A DNA stretch of 64,000 bases, taken from positions 372,001 through 436,000 of the forward strand of contig MU058418.1 of the NCBI GenBank assembly GCA_013265495.1. The letters run 5' to 3'. Numbering within the stretch: position 1 is the stretch's first letter; every line of letters begins with the position of its first letter. This document shows, one piece after another, positions 38,450 through 52,061 of this stretch. Source of the DNA: Vicugna vicugna. Taxonomy: Eukaryota. The position numbers and the translations under genes were made by a program. Under the pieces are notes generated by a model. That model searched no databases, was not told where the DNA came from, and was given only the letters and a program-made list of their open reading frames with translations.

Positions 38450-39126
38450 CAGTGGTTCTCAACCCTGGCTGCGTATCAGTACAAACATACCTCTGAACAT
38501 GCTGGTTCAGTGCCATACCATTGCAATAGAGCAAATATTGCAATAAAGTAAGTCACACGAACTTCTTGGTTTCCCAATGCATATGAAAGTCATGTTTTCA
38601 CTTACTGTAGTCTAAGCGTGCAACAGCATTATGTCTAAAAAACCCAATGTATATACCTTAGTTAAATAATGCTTTATTGCTAAAAATACTAACCATCACC
38701 TAAGCCTTCAGCAAATCATAATCTTTTTGCAATAGTAACATCAAAGCTCACTGATCACAGATCACCATAACAAATATAATAATAATGAAGAAGTTTGAAA
38801 TATTGAGAGAATTACCAAAATATGACACAGAGACACAAAGTGAGCAAATGTTATTGGGAAAATGGTGCCGACAGACTTGCTCAAAGCAGGGTTGCCACAA
38901 ACCATCATTTTGTAAAAAACATAGTATCTATAAAGGTGCAATAAATGAAGCATAATAAAACCAGAATGCCTGTATCAAGTAATTAGCTTTAAGAAAAAAA
39001 AGACAATACTAATGCCATGCTTTCTTCCCATTCCCAGAGACTCTGATTTAATTTTTGTTAGACTCAAACATCAGTACTTTGTAAGAACCCTACATGCTAC
39101 TATGCAGCCAAGGTTGAGAATCACTG
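38450..39126. mobile_element. MER5A split by a Tigger insertion
   Basis: cagtggttctcaaccctggctgc (38450-38479) and cccagagactctgatttaatt..tatgcagccaaggttgagaatcactg (to 39126). Confidence 0.8.
38482..38972 (-). mobile_element. Internally deleted Tigger1 derivative (Tigger1a_Art-like, TcMar)
   Basis: TA TSD on both sides (38480-81, 38973-74); degenerate CAGGCATACCTC TIRs; reverse complement matches the recalled Tigger1 left end (gtttgtggcaaccctg..tgctcactttgtgtctctgtgtca). Confidence 0.85.
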
Positions 39127-40339
39127 CTCTAGTACAGCAGCTTATGACTGACAAGTTTCCCTAACATAAAGCAGGAATGTATACCAACCTAAAACTACAT
39201 CTCTTTCAAGACTTCTGAAAATGAAAACACTCAACGACAGTTTGTCTTAAATTTAAGACTGGGAGCTGTGACATAGTTTAACTGGCACTATCAAAGGAAA
39301 AGAAAGGAAAAGTCACTTACTCTTCTTCCTCAATGTTTTCCATTTGTGGAGTTCAAAAGACTCTTTAAAGACACTGTGCCCCAAGAAAAAGGTTCTTATT
39401 AGCTGCTACCCTGAGATCCATATTTAAATATGAGACCCCATACTTAAGTAAGAGTAATTCATAAGAAGAATTGTTCTTCCTTCACTTTTCCATTGACAAC
39501 TGACTTTATTATTAGACTACTAAAACTATGTAAGATAGTCTTTGAATTTTTATGGTATGTTTTAGAAATAGTATAGACTAGTCAAGTCTGTCAAATTCCG
39601 CTAATAACGCATTCTTTAAAGTCATATTTCCCCTCTATTTTCCAGGTAGCGAGCTTATACATTAAAAAAAAAAAGACAAAACATACACACAGTATGTTTG
39701 TGAGCAAATATGTTAACTTAAAAGTTTTCAAACGTGAGATTCTCAGCTAGAGAAATCACTGACAAAGTCTTATGCATCTCTTGGTCAACTCACAGCAGCA
39801 AAATCCACATTATGAGAGACACTGTTATCAACCAAGTGTGTCCAAAGATTGATCTCCATAGCAACTGCAGCTCTGCCACATGTAGCGTATAAGGCATCAG
39901 AGTTAACACCACACGCACACAAAGTGCTGGTATTATATAGTCCAACTGTGGTTGCTATAGAAACCTAAACTCAAGTCCCTGACAACAGTGGATAAAATGA
40001 AAACAACAACAGAAGGGTCCTTGAATACTTAGCCATATACTAATTTGCTTTCAAGCAGGACAATGCCATTCTAAACACTGTATAATAGCCTTAAATTATT
40101 ATCACTAAAGGAAAATCTTCTACAAAAATAATTTTAAATGATGTCATGTATCTGTTTAACATTAGGAACTACTTTGTATTCCCCCCAAATTCTCCCTCCC
40201 ACTCCGGGCTTAGCTGAATGCCCAAAAGCTCACCCAACAGAGTACTGTCGCCTCCTACTGGCCTCAGCCAAAGCCAGTTCCACCCACTGGCAAGCTGGAG
40301 AGGTACCAGGTTTTGCTGTCGCCACCACAAGAACTATAA

Positions 40340-42010
40340 CAGATACAGATAAGCTCATACTAAAACAATTTTCAAAAGAAGGATAAAGTAGGAAAAGTCA
40401 CTCTATCTGATGTTAAGTCTTACTATATAGTCATCATAATCAAGACAGTATGGTATTGGCAAAAGAAGAGAAACACAGATCAGTGGAACAGATAACCCAG
40501 AAATAGATCAATCAATACAAATGCACCAACTGATTTTTGATAAAAGTGTAAAATCAGGTCAACTGAGTAAGAAGAGTCTTCCTTTCAACAAACTGTCCTA
40601 GAACAACTGGACATCCATATGCCAAAAAACAAAACAAAACAAAAATAACTATGGCTTTAAACTCAGTGCAAAATGAATCACAGATGTAAATGGAAAACCT
40701 GAAACTACAAAGCTTTTGGACGAAAACACAGGAGAATATCTTTGGGATCCAAGGCTAGGAAAAGAGTTCTTAGATACCACATCAAAAACTCAATCCATAA
40801 AGAAAAGAAAATCAATAATTGAACTTTACCAAAATTAAAAACCTGTACTTTGTGAAAGACTCCATTAATAAGATAAAAAGATGAGCCACAGACTGGGAGA
40901 AAACACTTGCAAATCACATATCCAAAGGACTTGTATCCATAATGTATAAAGAACCCTCTAAATTCAACAGTAAGAAAATCCATTTGAATATGGGCAAAAA
41001 GACATCAACAGACATGTCACCAAAGAGTTAAGATATTAAGGATGGCAAGTTAGCCATGATAAAAATATTCAAAATCATTAATCATTAAGGAAATGCAAAT
41101 TGAAACCAAGATGAGACATTACTACATACCTATTAAAATGACTAAAATAAAAAATACTGACGATACCAAATGCTGACAAGGATGTAGAGGAACTGGATTT
41201 CTCACACACATTGCTGGTGGAATATATAAAATAGTATAGCTATTTTGGAAAGTAAGTTGGCAGTTTCTTATAAAATTGAATATATATTTACCATATAATC
41301 TAACAAGCACACTCCTGAGCATTTATCTTAGAGAAATGAAAACCTATGTTCACATAAAAACCTAAATGAGAATGTTCATGGCAACTTTATTTGTAATAGT
41401 CAAAACTGGGGGGAAGGGAGGAAATCCAAATGGTCTCATGGTAAATGGATAAATAAACTATGATACACTGATAAAACTGAGTATTAATCAGCAATGAAAG
41501 GGAATAAATTATTGACATTCAACAACTTAAGTGGATCATAAGTATGTTATGCTGAATGAAAATAGCCAACCTCAAGAGTTACATACTATATGATTCTATT
41601 TCAAAGTTACAAACATACAGAAATGGAGATCAGATCAATGAATGACCAGCTAGGAAAGAGGTGAGATTGAGACTATAAAGGGGTAGCACTAGCAAGTTTT
41701 TTCGTGGTGATGGAACAGTTCTATTCCTTGATTGTGGTAGTTATACAAATCTGTACATGTGATCAAATTTTACAGAACACACACAGGCACACAGACAATT
41801 GAACGCATGCAAAAACTGGTAAAATCCAAATGACACCTGTAGTTTCATGAACAGCATTGTACCAATGTCAGTTTCTTGGTTTTAATAATGTTCTATAAAT
41901 ATGCAAGATGTTACTATTATGGAAAGCTGGATAACAGGGACAAGGGACATCTCTGCACTATTTTTGTAACCTCTTATCAATCTATAATTATTTCAAAATA
42001 AAAAAGTGAA
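40340..42010 (+). mobile_element. Old L1M ORF2 3' part + 3' UTR
   Basis: atcaagacagtatggtattggc..gatcagtggaacag..aactggacatccatatgc..ggaaatgcaaattgaaacca.gatgaga..ctataattatttcaaaataaaaa. Confidence 0.85.
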
Positions 42011-42029
42011 AAAAACCAACAAAACTTCA

Positions 42030-42780
42030 GCAAAAAGCCAAGATAAAATTAAAAACTGGGAAAAAATACATTTGAGAAAAAGTAAAATGTTTAATATACA
42101 AAGATCTCTTATATGCCAATAAGGAAATAAAAATGCAATTAATAATAAGCAAAAGATATAGACAACTCACAAAAGAAATAAAATTGGCCAATAAACATAG
42201 AAAAAAGACAATCTCACTAATATTAAAATTTTTCAATATAAAACAAGTTATTTTTAGTGCTTATCAAATCGGCAAAGATTGCCAATATCCAAAGTTAGTA
42301 AGAACAAGGAAAAACAGGCACTCCAAATAATACTATGAATAGGAATTAAACTGTGAAAAATTTTCAAAAAAAGATATGCATACCCTGTTTCCCAAAAATT
42401 CAAAGCTAGGAATTAGCCTAAGAAAATAAATAAGTATACAATGACATATATTTAAATTTCTTCATCACTATCTACAACAGTGAAGAATTTCGGGGAAAAA
42501 ATGTCTAATAAAAGAGAATAATGAATTATATTATGGTATATCCATAAATGGAATACAATGTAGTTATTAAAAATTACTTTTATTTAATATTAAAAGCAAT
42601 TCTCTATATACTGCTATGAGAGAAATGCAAGAAGCAAAAATACATGCATGTGGATAGACTCATTTTTATAGTCTTGCAGCTATATACCAAAATATTAATG
42701 GTAGTTATCTCCAAGTGGTAAGATTATGGGTACTTTTTGAATAAATTTATGTAAAGTCTAACAAGGACATGTTTTATACA
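42030..42780 (+). mobile_element. Very old L1ME remnant
   Basis: acaactcacaaaagaa..aattggccaataaacata..tatggtatatccataaatggaataca. Confidence 0.55.
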
Positions 42781-43918
42781 AAAATGAAAAAAATTTTAGT
42801 CAAATAACACATACTAAAGACAGCTCTTTTGACTAGAGATTTTTATATATTATGATGCTAAAATCCTAGTTGATTTTTTTAGTTTCATGGAAAAAATAAA
42901 ACCACCCTTCCTGGTATAGCAATATGTCCTTTGTCTTTATGATTCCTCCAAATTCCTGAAAAGATGTCCTTCATAAAGCATAAAAGCAAATAAAATTTGA
43001 TCAGATTTGCTTTAAAAAACAATCCATGCAATCAAAGGACTCATTTATGCCCATTTACCATGAAGTTGATAATCTCTGTATCTCTATTTATATCTAATTG
43101 TAAATGGCATGAGTACAGATTCAGATATTTTTAAATAGATAATTCACTAAAACACATTAACAAGTATATAATAAATATAGTAAAGGAAAGATAGGAAAAT
43201 GAGAAAAGAGACTACAATGACAAGAATGATAATAACATCTTCTTTGACATGATCTTGAGGAACATAGAAGCACTTTGGTTCTAAGGATAAGGAAGAAGGC
43301 AGGCATACAGGAAACATTTTTCTCTTTAGTTTGGTAATTTATATCAAGCTCAGAATCACTGAAAGCTCATTTGATGCTCTGGAGTTACCAAGCTTATTGT
43401 GCAGCTGAAGGCTAAGGTTTCTCTACTACACACAAATAGCTCCTTCGAGCATGTTCTTTCCCTCAGTTAAACTGCTTGAAGTATCTAAACTTAATAATGT
43501 TGCTGCTTTCATAGTGAATATCTCAGAAGGCATCACTTTCTCTATGCCCTTCCAGTATATTAAAAACCTTCTGTTTTTGTTTTTGTTTTATAGGCCTGAA
43601 TTAAGGGGACTTAGAATATGCCAAAATCATCAAAGTTTTCTCTGGCTCATTAAGTTAAAATTCTCCCACGTAGCTAACTGTGGATTTTGACTCAAAATTA
43701 CGATGATACTAACTCTGCTTTTTCTGACTTCCACACTTTAAACTTCATATGTTTACATCTAGTTTCCTCAAGAATACTCTACATTCTCTGAGTACAGGAA
43801 GCCCTTTTACCTCAATGTATTCCTCATTATGTTTTAATACACAGTAGACAGTCAATAAATATTGGTTGGCTAATGGCAACATAGCTATGCCTTTCAATTC
43901 CACTCCTTAATTGATACC

Positions 43919-43946
43919 AGTGTTTGTTTGTTTGTTTGTTTGTTTT
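43919..43946 (+). repeat. (GTTT)n
   Basis: tgtttgtttgtttgtttgtttgtttt. Confidence 0.85.
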
Positions 43947-45422
43947 CCCAAGCCTTAGCTATTATTCCTCCTCCCTTCCCTCTGCCTTACTTGCAGGGAC
44001 ATAACTACAAAGCAGAGGCTGAAGACAGGGGCTTAGAAAGATATTGTTTTCTTTTTGTCTTCCTGCAGCAAAACTTGTTTAAACACATTAAAAGAGAATA
44101 AAACTAAACATATCTTTGGCATACATCTTTCAAAGTAAAACAACCATCATTTAACAAATAAGTTACCTTCACTGGAGAACAGTCTAAGGGAAAAGCTGAG
44201 GGAATAACCCCTGTGCGCTAAAGGACTGCTTTACTCTAAAAGCATGTGAACAACTCCATCAGTCTCGGTCCCCAGTACTCCCAAGGTCTGTACTCAGGAC
44301 TTGTGGGACGAATTCAACGGTATTTTTACTAATCATGTGAATCATGTGACTTGGAGATATCCAAGAGAATTTTTCGGTGCCAAAAAAGTTTTATGATTAG
44401 GGGTCCATTCTTTAAGAATATTTATTCTGCCTAAATAACTCCAGATGTTTAGCTTTGGGTTTTGGTTAAAGGGTAGGGGCAGGAGGGCAGAAATCAAAAT
44501 GAGGGTCCTCCCAATTAGAAATGTTTGCCATTCCATTCTAAATGGGCCCTTTCTTATATTTCTGCTTGGGAGTCCCAGAATTTAAACTTATGACACTCAT
44601 GCGTAATGCCAAAATATGAGGATTTAGATAGGATTGTTACTTTAAAATAGAGTGGCTTGTGGATAACTTACATCCAAATTATTTTTAAAATCACAATCAT
44701 ATGAAGCAGAGATTGCTTCTGGCATTTGTAATTAACTTGCCAACAGTATAAAGCACTCTTTGGAGGCAGATGTTTTTGATAGAGGAGCAAATTATGGAAT
44801 GATAAATTTCATTTTTTTTTGGGCAGAATTTATGCACCTGCTGATTATTAGAATTTGTTCTCACATTTTGTCTAAACCTACAATGTCTTAAAGCTAATAT
44901 ATTTTCATACTAAATATTAAATATAGTCAAAATCTTCTGAAACATTCTGATCATTCACTAGTCTCATAAGGAATTTAATTTTGCTCTTTCTGTCTTGAAG
45001 AAGGTATATGTCAATCCTGTGGAAGATTTCAAAATAAAAGGATGCAACAGCATATCGTGGTAATACATTCCTAACAAACATTACAGGTAGGAAAATGTTT
45101 CCCTATCTAATTTTAATCAATTCTGCTATAACTTAAGTGCATTTTTTCCCAGTCTTCAGGAAGAGTTGATCACTATCTACAACCATGATGTTCCATGCTA
45201 TGAAGAAGAATATGTAAGATAAACATCATGACCTAATTAAATGAGTAAGGCAAACATCAGGAAAAGGCCTCTGGTTAGGAAAGGTTTTACTTTATTCAAT
45301 TCAATTCTGTGAGTACTTACTGAAGGCTTTCAATGTGTCAAGTATATGCTGGGTAATATAAATATAAAGACAAAATCATCTCTTTCAAAAAGTTCACAGT
45401 CTTAGAAATACATATACCTAAA

Positions 45423-45700
45423 TCAGAGGTCTGAAATAAAAGATACAGATAGGCCAAATAATCCATGAAGTAGCCAGCTAAAGCATCTCAAATGGTGAAC
45501 TGGAAAACACAGGTTCAATCTTTTTTTTTTTCAGTTTTAATGAGGAATAATTGACAAATATAATTGTATATATTTAAAATATACAACATATGCCCAGTCT
45601 AAGGCAGCCACCACTTGACACCAGCAGATTAAGACCTTGCAGAACGCAAGCTCAATAATGTCACAGCTTCCGACTTTTAAAGAGAATGAAAGTTAGAGAA
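45423..45700 (+). mobile_element. MER102-like element containing a ~60-bp antisense L1 tail (45531-45590)
   Basis: tggtgaactggaaaacac..tctaaggcagccacc..ttccgacttttaaagagaa, interrupted by poly-T + ttttaatgaggaataattgacaaatataattgtatatatttaa..tacaaca. Confidence 0.5.
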
Positions 45701-46699
45701 ATGAGCCATTTAACCTGGAGAAATCAGGGAATGCTTAGCAAAAGAGCTAACACTTGAGCTGACTCCTAAAGGTGAAGCAATGCTCATCAGGTATGAATAA
45801 AGATGGTTTATCTCCTGTGGCCACAGCTTAGGGTAGAAAGTGGGGAGGCAAAAGTGACTAGAGAGGAAAGAAGGGATGTTTTGCCATGCGCAAGTCAAAA
45901 TGTATCCTGCAGAACATGGGAAGCTACTGAAGTCTCTGACCCCACATCATAGGAGGGCAGAATTTATCAAACTGTAGGAAACTTTACCAAAATTCCATCC
46001 AGTGAGATGTGAAGATGTGTTAGGCATATAAAGAGGCAGACACCTTGCTCATAATCCATAAAGCTAGACTGGGCATCACCATATCTAAACACTTGTCTCA
46101 GGCCCCTAACTACTGAGATGTCTAAGTGCCCATATGGTTCCAGTAGCAGCAATGGCTGCTTAAACAGATAATAGCCAATTTACCCATGAAGAAGAGTATA
46201 CCAAACCCAGAAAGAAAGTTTTGTGAGATCGATCATCCCCAGACATTTCCCCTTTACTCCTGGCAAGGGTTAAAAAAAAAAGATAATACCTTATTCATTG
46301 CTAAAATGACTTAGAGTTTACAAAACGTCTTGACATATACTATTCTTTCACATCTAAGAGAACCCCAACTCCCTGTTTTCTGTTTTGTCTGGGTTTATAA
46401 CACACCCACAACAGCCAATTGTATTCATATTTTGAACTCTTTCCTTTATACTAGACCATTTAGAATTCAAGAACTCTAAAATCTAATTCAGGTCCACCAG
46501 TTAACCAGCCAGCACCCCTATTTTCTTCATCTGCCTAACCCACTAATCAATCCTATTTTACTTACAGTTCATTAGTAAAAATATAATCAACTCTAACTCA
46601 AAATTAATGTACATTTTGCTTCAGAAAGGATGTGTTTTTGCCAGGGATACTTCCTTGTCTAGTTAGGAAGGAGGAAAGAAAACTCTGTTGTCGCCTAGG

Positions 46700-47340
46700 T
46701 CTTTTTTCAAGCGTCACAACAGAATAGACATTATTATCCCACAAGACAGGTATTATTATTCTCATTTTCAAAGATGAGAAAACTGAAGATCTGAGTAGTT
46801 AATGTGTCCAACAGCAGCTAGTAAGTGACATAAGCCAGGTCTGAACAGATCAATTTGTCTCCAAAACTATGTTCTTTCCACTATACCACACAGCTTCAAC
46901 TACTGCTTCTAATAACAGTCATAATACTCCACTTCCACCTTATATTTGTAAAGTGCAGCATACCTTTCAAATCATTTTCATCTATAATATTTCTTTGGGT
47001 TCCTAAGACTATCCTTCAAGCAAACTTAAGCAAAGGGGGGAAAGAAGGCTAACCTAAGAAGATCACAGTGAAATGATTATTGGGCACAAAGAGCTAAGAA
47101 CAGCAGCTATGTTTATTGAGCACTTAAGCTAAACATTTTACAGTGTTGTCTCATGTAATCCTTATTATAATCCTGTGAGACAGGAATAATAACGATCTCA
47201 ACTCTTTTACAGATGAGGTAACGGGCTCAAAAAAAATCCATAGTTCACACAGCTAGGAAAAGGCAGCACTGGAATTCAATTCAGGTATCGGTTAGCTCAG
47301 AAGCCCATGCTCTTCTCTACAATCTCAGCTAGTACTGCCT
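46700..47340 (-). mobile_element. Two MIR copies (46700-46890, 47100-47340)
   Basis: ctcattttcaaagatgagaaaactgaag; ttttacagatgaggtaacgggctc..tcacacagctagga. Confidence 0.7.
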
Positions 47341-48746
47341 CCCTGCACTGCTGTGCTCTTTATAGAATATTATGCTTTCAGTGTAATTAAGTTAAACTAA
47401 AATTAGTTGGAATTCCAAATTAAAGTTAAAACCAGTATGCACTCCCCAACTCACTACTACATGAAAGTGGTGGAAGAAGCAAACAGGTGGCAAGATAAGC
47501 TCTACCAGAAATATAAGAGAAGTTTTTCACTGGATAACTGACACACAGATAATGAGAAGTTCAATATAATCTGGGGGAAAATTAGACCATCAAGCTCCCA
47601 GGATTGCCCTCTATGGGCAAGAGACATCACCCTGGCCATTTAACAAATGAACTCATTCTCATATACATTCAAAACCAAAGACATTACTTTTTTTTTTAAC
47701 AGAGCCTATGAAATAGTAAAAATTATCCAGGATGGAAAAGCTCCTCCCCAGTTTTTTCCTAAGTGGCCCAGGTAAATCCATGAGTACTTTTAAAGTTAGA
47801 TTAAAATGCTGGGGCCAGGACCGCTAACCTCTAGATGTTCATTTCTGGGGCTCTTTTCTGTGTATTCATAAAGTTGTACAACGCACATTTTATTGTCATA
47901 CAATCACATTTGTTTTTAATTCATGGGTACTAGAGAATTAAAAGTACACAAAAAATAAATAATACTTTAAAATAATCAAACTACATAAAAAATGCTTTTA
48001 ATAAAAGCTTTGTTAGTATTAACCCTGTGAAACTAAATGACATTCCTTTAAATACACAGCAACATAAAAGAAACAGCCTAAGTTAGAAATAAATGTTAAT
48101 GAAGTAGATTCGTGAAGCCATTTTTATTCTGAGGATAAAATTAATTTCATTGATTTGGTGATATTTGAGTATTCAAGATATAGAAAGCACCTGTCTCAAA
48201 GCCCTGTAATTATTAAACACTATAAGGAATATGTTCACACAAATTACCAATACTTGGAAAATTCAAACAACTACTGCTAAGTTTTTAGAATATGATATAA
48301 TATTCACTAGATCTATCTCTAGCCTCACAATTCTGGAAATAAAACCAATTCAGTTTGTTAAAAAAAAAATCTCTGGAGCAAATGAAGTAAAATTCCAAGG
48401 AGATTCCAAGAGAAGGGTAATTTTTAAAGCTATTTAAAAATATTTGTTAAAATGAAGTTTCAGTGCACAAAAATAGAAAAAATGAAAGGCTTTGAGAAGC
48501 CTTTGTTGAGTCATAGGAAGAAAACCAAATCCAGTGCAGCTGGATTTGGTTTTCTAAAGCTAAAGATATGTATCAAGAACTTCAAGTATTAGATCAGAAA
48601 CAACTAACTGAATGGTTAACATCTAGTACCCATTTTTAAAACTTACTCTAGGGTAGATATTTTTGGAAAAACATTCATTAAACTCTTCAAACCACAAACA
48701 CAGAAAAATATTTTTTGGTAACTAAAGGACCTCCGAGGTGTTTAAA

Positions 48747-48748
<2 letters not shown>

Positions 48749-48778
<30 letters not shown>
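48749..48778 (+). repeat. (AC)15 microsatellite
   Basis: Read directly. Confidence 0.95.
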
Positions 48779-48781
<3 letters not shown>

Positions 48782-50039
48782 TCTGAATCCTACAAAAGAA
48801 TAAAGAAGGGACAATTACAGAGTACAATACTGATGAAAAACAGCTGGCAGTATAGTGATACTGAGCAATATGAGAAGAGAGATGCAGATGTCTGAATCCT
48901 AATTTGTTAGAATCTAAGCACAAAGAATCAAGTAGTACAGCACTTAAAAACCTATGACCAACTTATGTTTATTAACTGGGCCCAGAATTAAGAACACAAA
49001 CTAGTCAGTATTCCCCAATCTTGAGTAATATTGAGAATATTTTTAATGGGTAAAAATTCAGCCATCCAGTATTGCCTTAAATGATTTTTATTAAAATGTT
49101 ATTTAAATATGTGTTGATACAAAACTTACAAACACTGTATGGTTACGGTCCTTATACAACTAAAATGAATAAAATTACAAATTGAATACAAAACTTTTTC
49201 ATATTGGCATTAATTTACCATAACAGATGATGGTACTTGACTGAATTGCAATTCCCAGTATGAAAACAGTTTGACCGTCTGGGGAGGTTCTCTGGAATAA
49301 GGAAAACCTATGGTGAAGATGTTATTCTCTCACCACTTTTCTCTATACAAACTATATGACACTTTTATTCATTTAACATACTGCTTTCACCACGTCTCCT
49401 CACTCTGGACACAAGAAAAAGACTGGTGAGGGGCACACCACAATCATTATGAATCATTCTAGTGGCTCAAAGAAAGGGCTAAGGATTTTGATGGGAGGGA
49501 CTACAAATGAAAGAGACTCCCTGAACTCAGAAAGCGGTGGGAGGAGGCCAGGGGAGGCTGGGTCTATATGGTAGCAGCTAATTACCAGAAGCAAAGTGCG
49601 CATGGTGACTCTCACAGGTAGCGAGGTAGATATGGGAATATTAGGAAATCTCAGGTTTCCTTGTGAGAAGCAGAAATCCCTGTCTATATTTAATCAGTCA
49701 GACTTAAGAACTCAAATCAACAGCCATCCCACTAAGATCTGTTTTGATTTAAGTAACCAAAAGCAAACAAACTCCAGGTCTAGGGAACAGAGACCTGTCT
49801 GAAACACTACAGTAGTGAGTTGTGGCCTCTCACCCAAATCTGAGGCCCACAGTTCTCAAATGAAGAGGCGGCTAAATCCCTTGTGAAAGATTTTTTTTCC
49901 CCAAACGCATCTTCTGCCGTTACCCAGGTAATCAACAGCTGGCAAAAGGAAAATGCCCAGTCCTCTTGAGGATTATTACCTACTAGCTCTGAGTTAACAT
50001 TAATTAGTAGGAATTAAGAATACCACTGGTCCTATTACT

Positions 50040-50570
50040 AAAGTATAACTTTTCTTAGGTCTTTAGAATGCCCAGCTGTTCGGCAAGGTCTTTCCACATT
50101 GTCCAGTCAGAACTCGCACGCCTCCGAGCTCTGGGAGAACTCTGAGAATTGTACAGCTCACAGCGCCAAAGCCTCATGGAGTTTCATCCTGTGTGCGGCT
50201 TAGCATTCAACAGATTCAAGTGTGCACCTTCGATTTCTGGAGACTTTTTCCACAAACTCCATCCTCTTCTGTATTCTGTCCCACAATTTCCAGCTGTCTC
50301 AGCCTCTCCCAAGTCTGATCTGTCTCCTCAACTCAGCAGCACCTGCATTCTCTGCTGAAGTTCCCCCTCTCTGTGCTGCTATTTGGAAAGTAAGTCTCAG
50401 CAGAAAGTCAGAGTGATCATAGCTCTCACCTCATTTGTTTTCTCACTCATAGGAATCACAACCTTGTGCTGCCTGTATTCCAAGCAGAATGTAGTTGTTT
50501 CATACATTTCATCCAGTTTTCTATTTGTTTACAGCATATGTTACTCTATCTTAGCAGAAGCAGACAGTTC
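50040..50570 (-). mobile_element. Ancient L1 5'-region fragment, related to 25280-25850
   Basis: Colinear with the other copy (gcagaaag....tcatagctctcacctc..ggaatcaca...gctgcctg..gttgtttca..cagttttcta.ttgt). Confidence 0.65.
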
Positions 50571-50861
50571 CAATCTATCCTTTTTGCTTCATCCCATCCC
50601 ATGTTCAGCACACACCAAACAACTACTTTCCTACACTTTGCTAAGCAACTCCTTGTGGCTTAACTTCTTTCCCTGCCTTGGTCATTTTCTTCTCATCCAA
50701 CATGACCCAACTCATATGCCACCTCAACTTTGGGAGTCTTCAGTTTTCTCTAGAGAGGTTTTTTTCCTTCTTCTCTGTCTCTACAGCATACTGTTCACAC
50801 ATACTACAGCATTTATCTCAACATACTCTATTTGCATGTCTCCCCACTAAAGTGAAATTCT

Positions 50862-51120
50862 AATAATAATGATAATTGCTAACATGTGGCTACTTTCTAT
50901 GTTCCAGGTACTATTCTAAGTATTTTACGTATATTTGCCCATGTACTCTTCATAAAACCCTAAGATATAGGAACCATCATTATCCTCATTTTACAAATGA
51001 AGAAACTAAGGCACAGAGAGGTTAAGTAAACTGCCTGAGATCACATAGCTTGGTAGTGGTAGAGCCAAGACATGAATCTAAACAGTCTGACTCCAGAGCT
51101 CATGCTCACTATACTGCCTC
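50862..51120 (-). mobile_element. Near full-length MIR nested in an L2 3' end (L2: ~50600-50860 and 51120-51210)
   Basis: cctcattttacaaatgaagaaactaaggcacagagaggttaagtaaactgcctgagatcacatagc..cagtctgactccagagc. The L2 tail resumes with aattcttgaggggcagcaactatgtcttatt. Confidence 0.85.
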
Positions 51121-52061
51121 TTATGAATTCTTGAGGGGCAGCAACTATGTCTTATTCTTGTTTGTATATCCATGCCCAGAGCACCTCAAATATTTGTGGA
51201 ATGAATTAAAATTTATAATTTTCTCCTAGTCATCCAAGAAAAAGTCCTTTATAAGTAATGTAGGTTTTCAGTACAGTAATTACAGAACTCAATCTAGAAA
51301 GGCTCTTTCATAAACATGGAAGAGACTAAAATTAAATTTCTAATAATAAATTCAAAGAGCTCTGAAGAATTTTACCATGCAGAAAAGACTAATAGGTTTT
51401 TTTAAGTAGCTAAGTAACTGTAGTGAACTCAGTCAGGAACAAAAAGTCTCTACCAAGGAATCAATACCCTCTAAGAGAGAGGCTAAATGTCATAATTTGT
51501 CTCCAATAAATGCATACTAAATTGATCCCATCTATCTAAACCTGAAATAGAGATCAGAGTGTTTTGAAGGCAAAAGTAAAAAGAATATTTAAGCAATAAT
51601 GTCATCCTAAGAGCCAAATCTGTCAAGAGTAATGAATGAAAACAAAGCCACACTGCTCAATGAAATCAGCTCTGCTAAAGAATAACAAAAATTTAACCAA
51701 TTCTGCATGGAAAAAAAGTATTAGTCATCACCTTTTAAACAATTAAGTATCCTTCATATGTTTATTAAAAGCATTTAAGTTCGTGACAGTAGATAACATA
51801 TGCAGTGAATTTATAAAACCTAAATGTGATAAAGTAATATGATTTATAGAAATTTAAGTGATTAAAAATAAAAACATATATTATGCACAAGTGGATAATG
51901 AGATTTAATTAGCAAGGCATTAATGAACTATAGGGTACAAGTTAAACGGGAAGAAAGAGGAGACTGATGCACTGTTACCACCTTCAACCTCTCCCACACT
52001 ACCACTCCACATCATATGCCTGGACCTCTACTCTATCCTATATACCACTGTCCATCTTGGA

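Noticed and set aside
46490..46620. Possible NUMT (G-poor; ttcttcatctgccta and cccactaatcaa recall cytochrome b)
   Set aside because: Only 12-15-nt resemblances in non-colinear order, with no sustained mitochondrial reading frame. BLASTN against camelid mtDNA would settle it.
50383..50850. 155-aa hydrophobic ORF, the longest in the window
   Set aside because: Non-ATG start; spans an antisense L1 fragment and an L2 remnant; hydrophobicity reflects T-rich composition.
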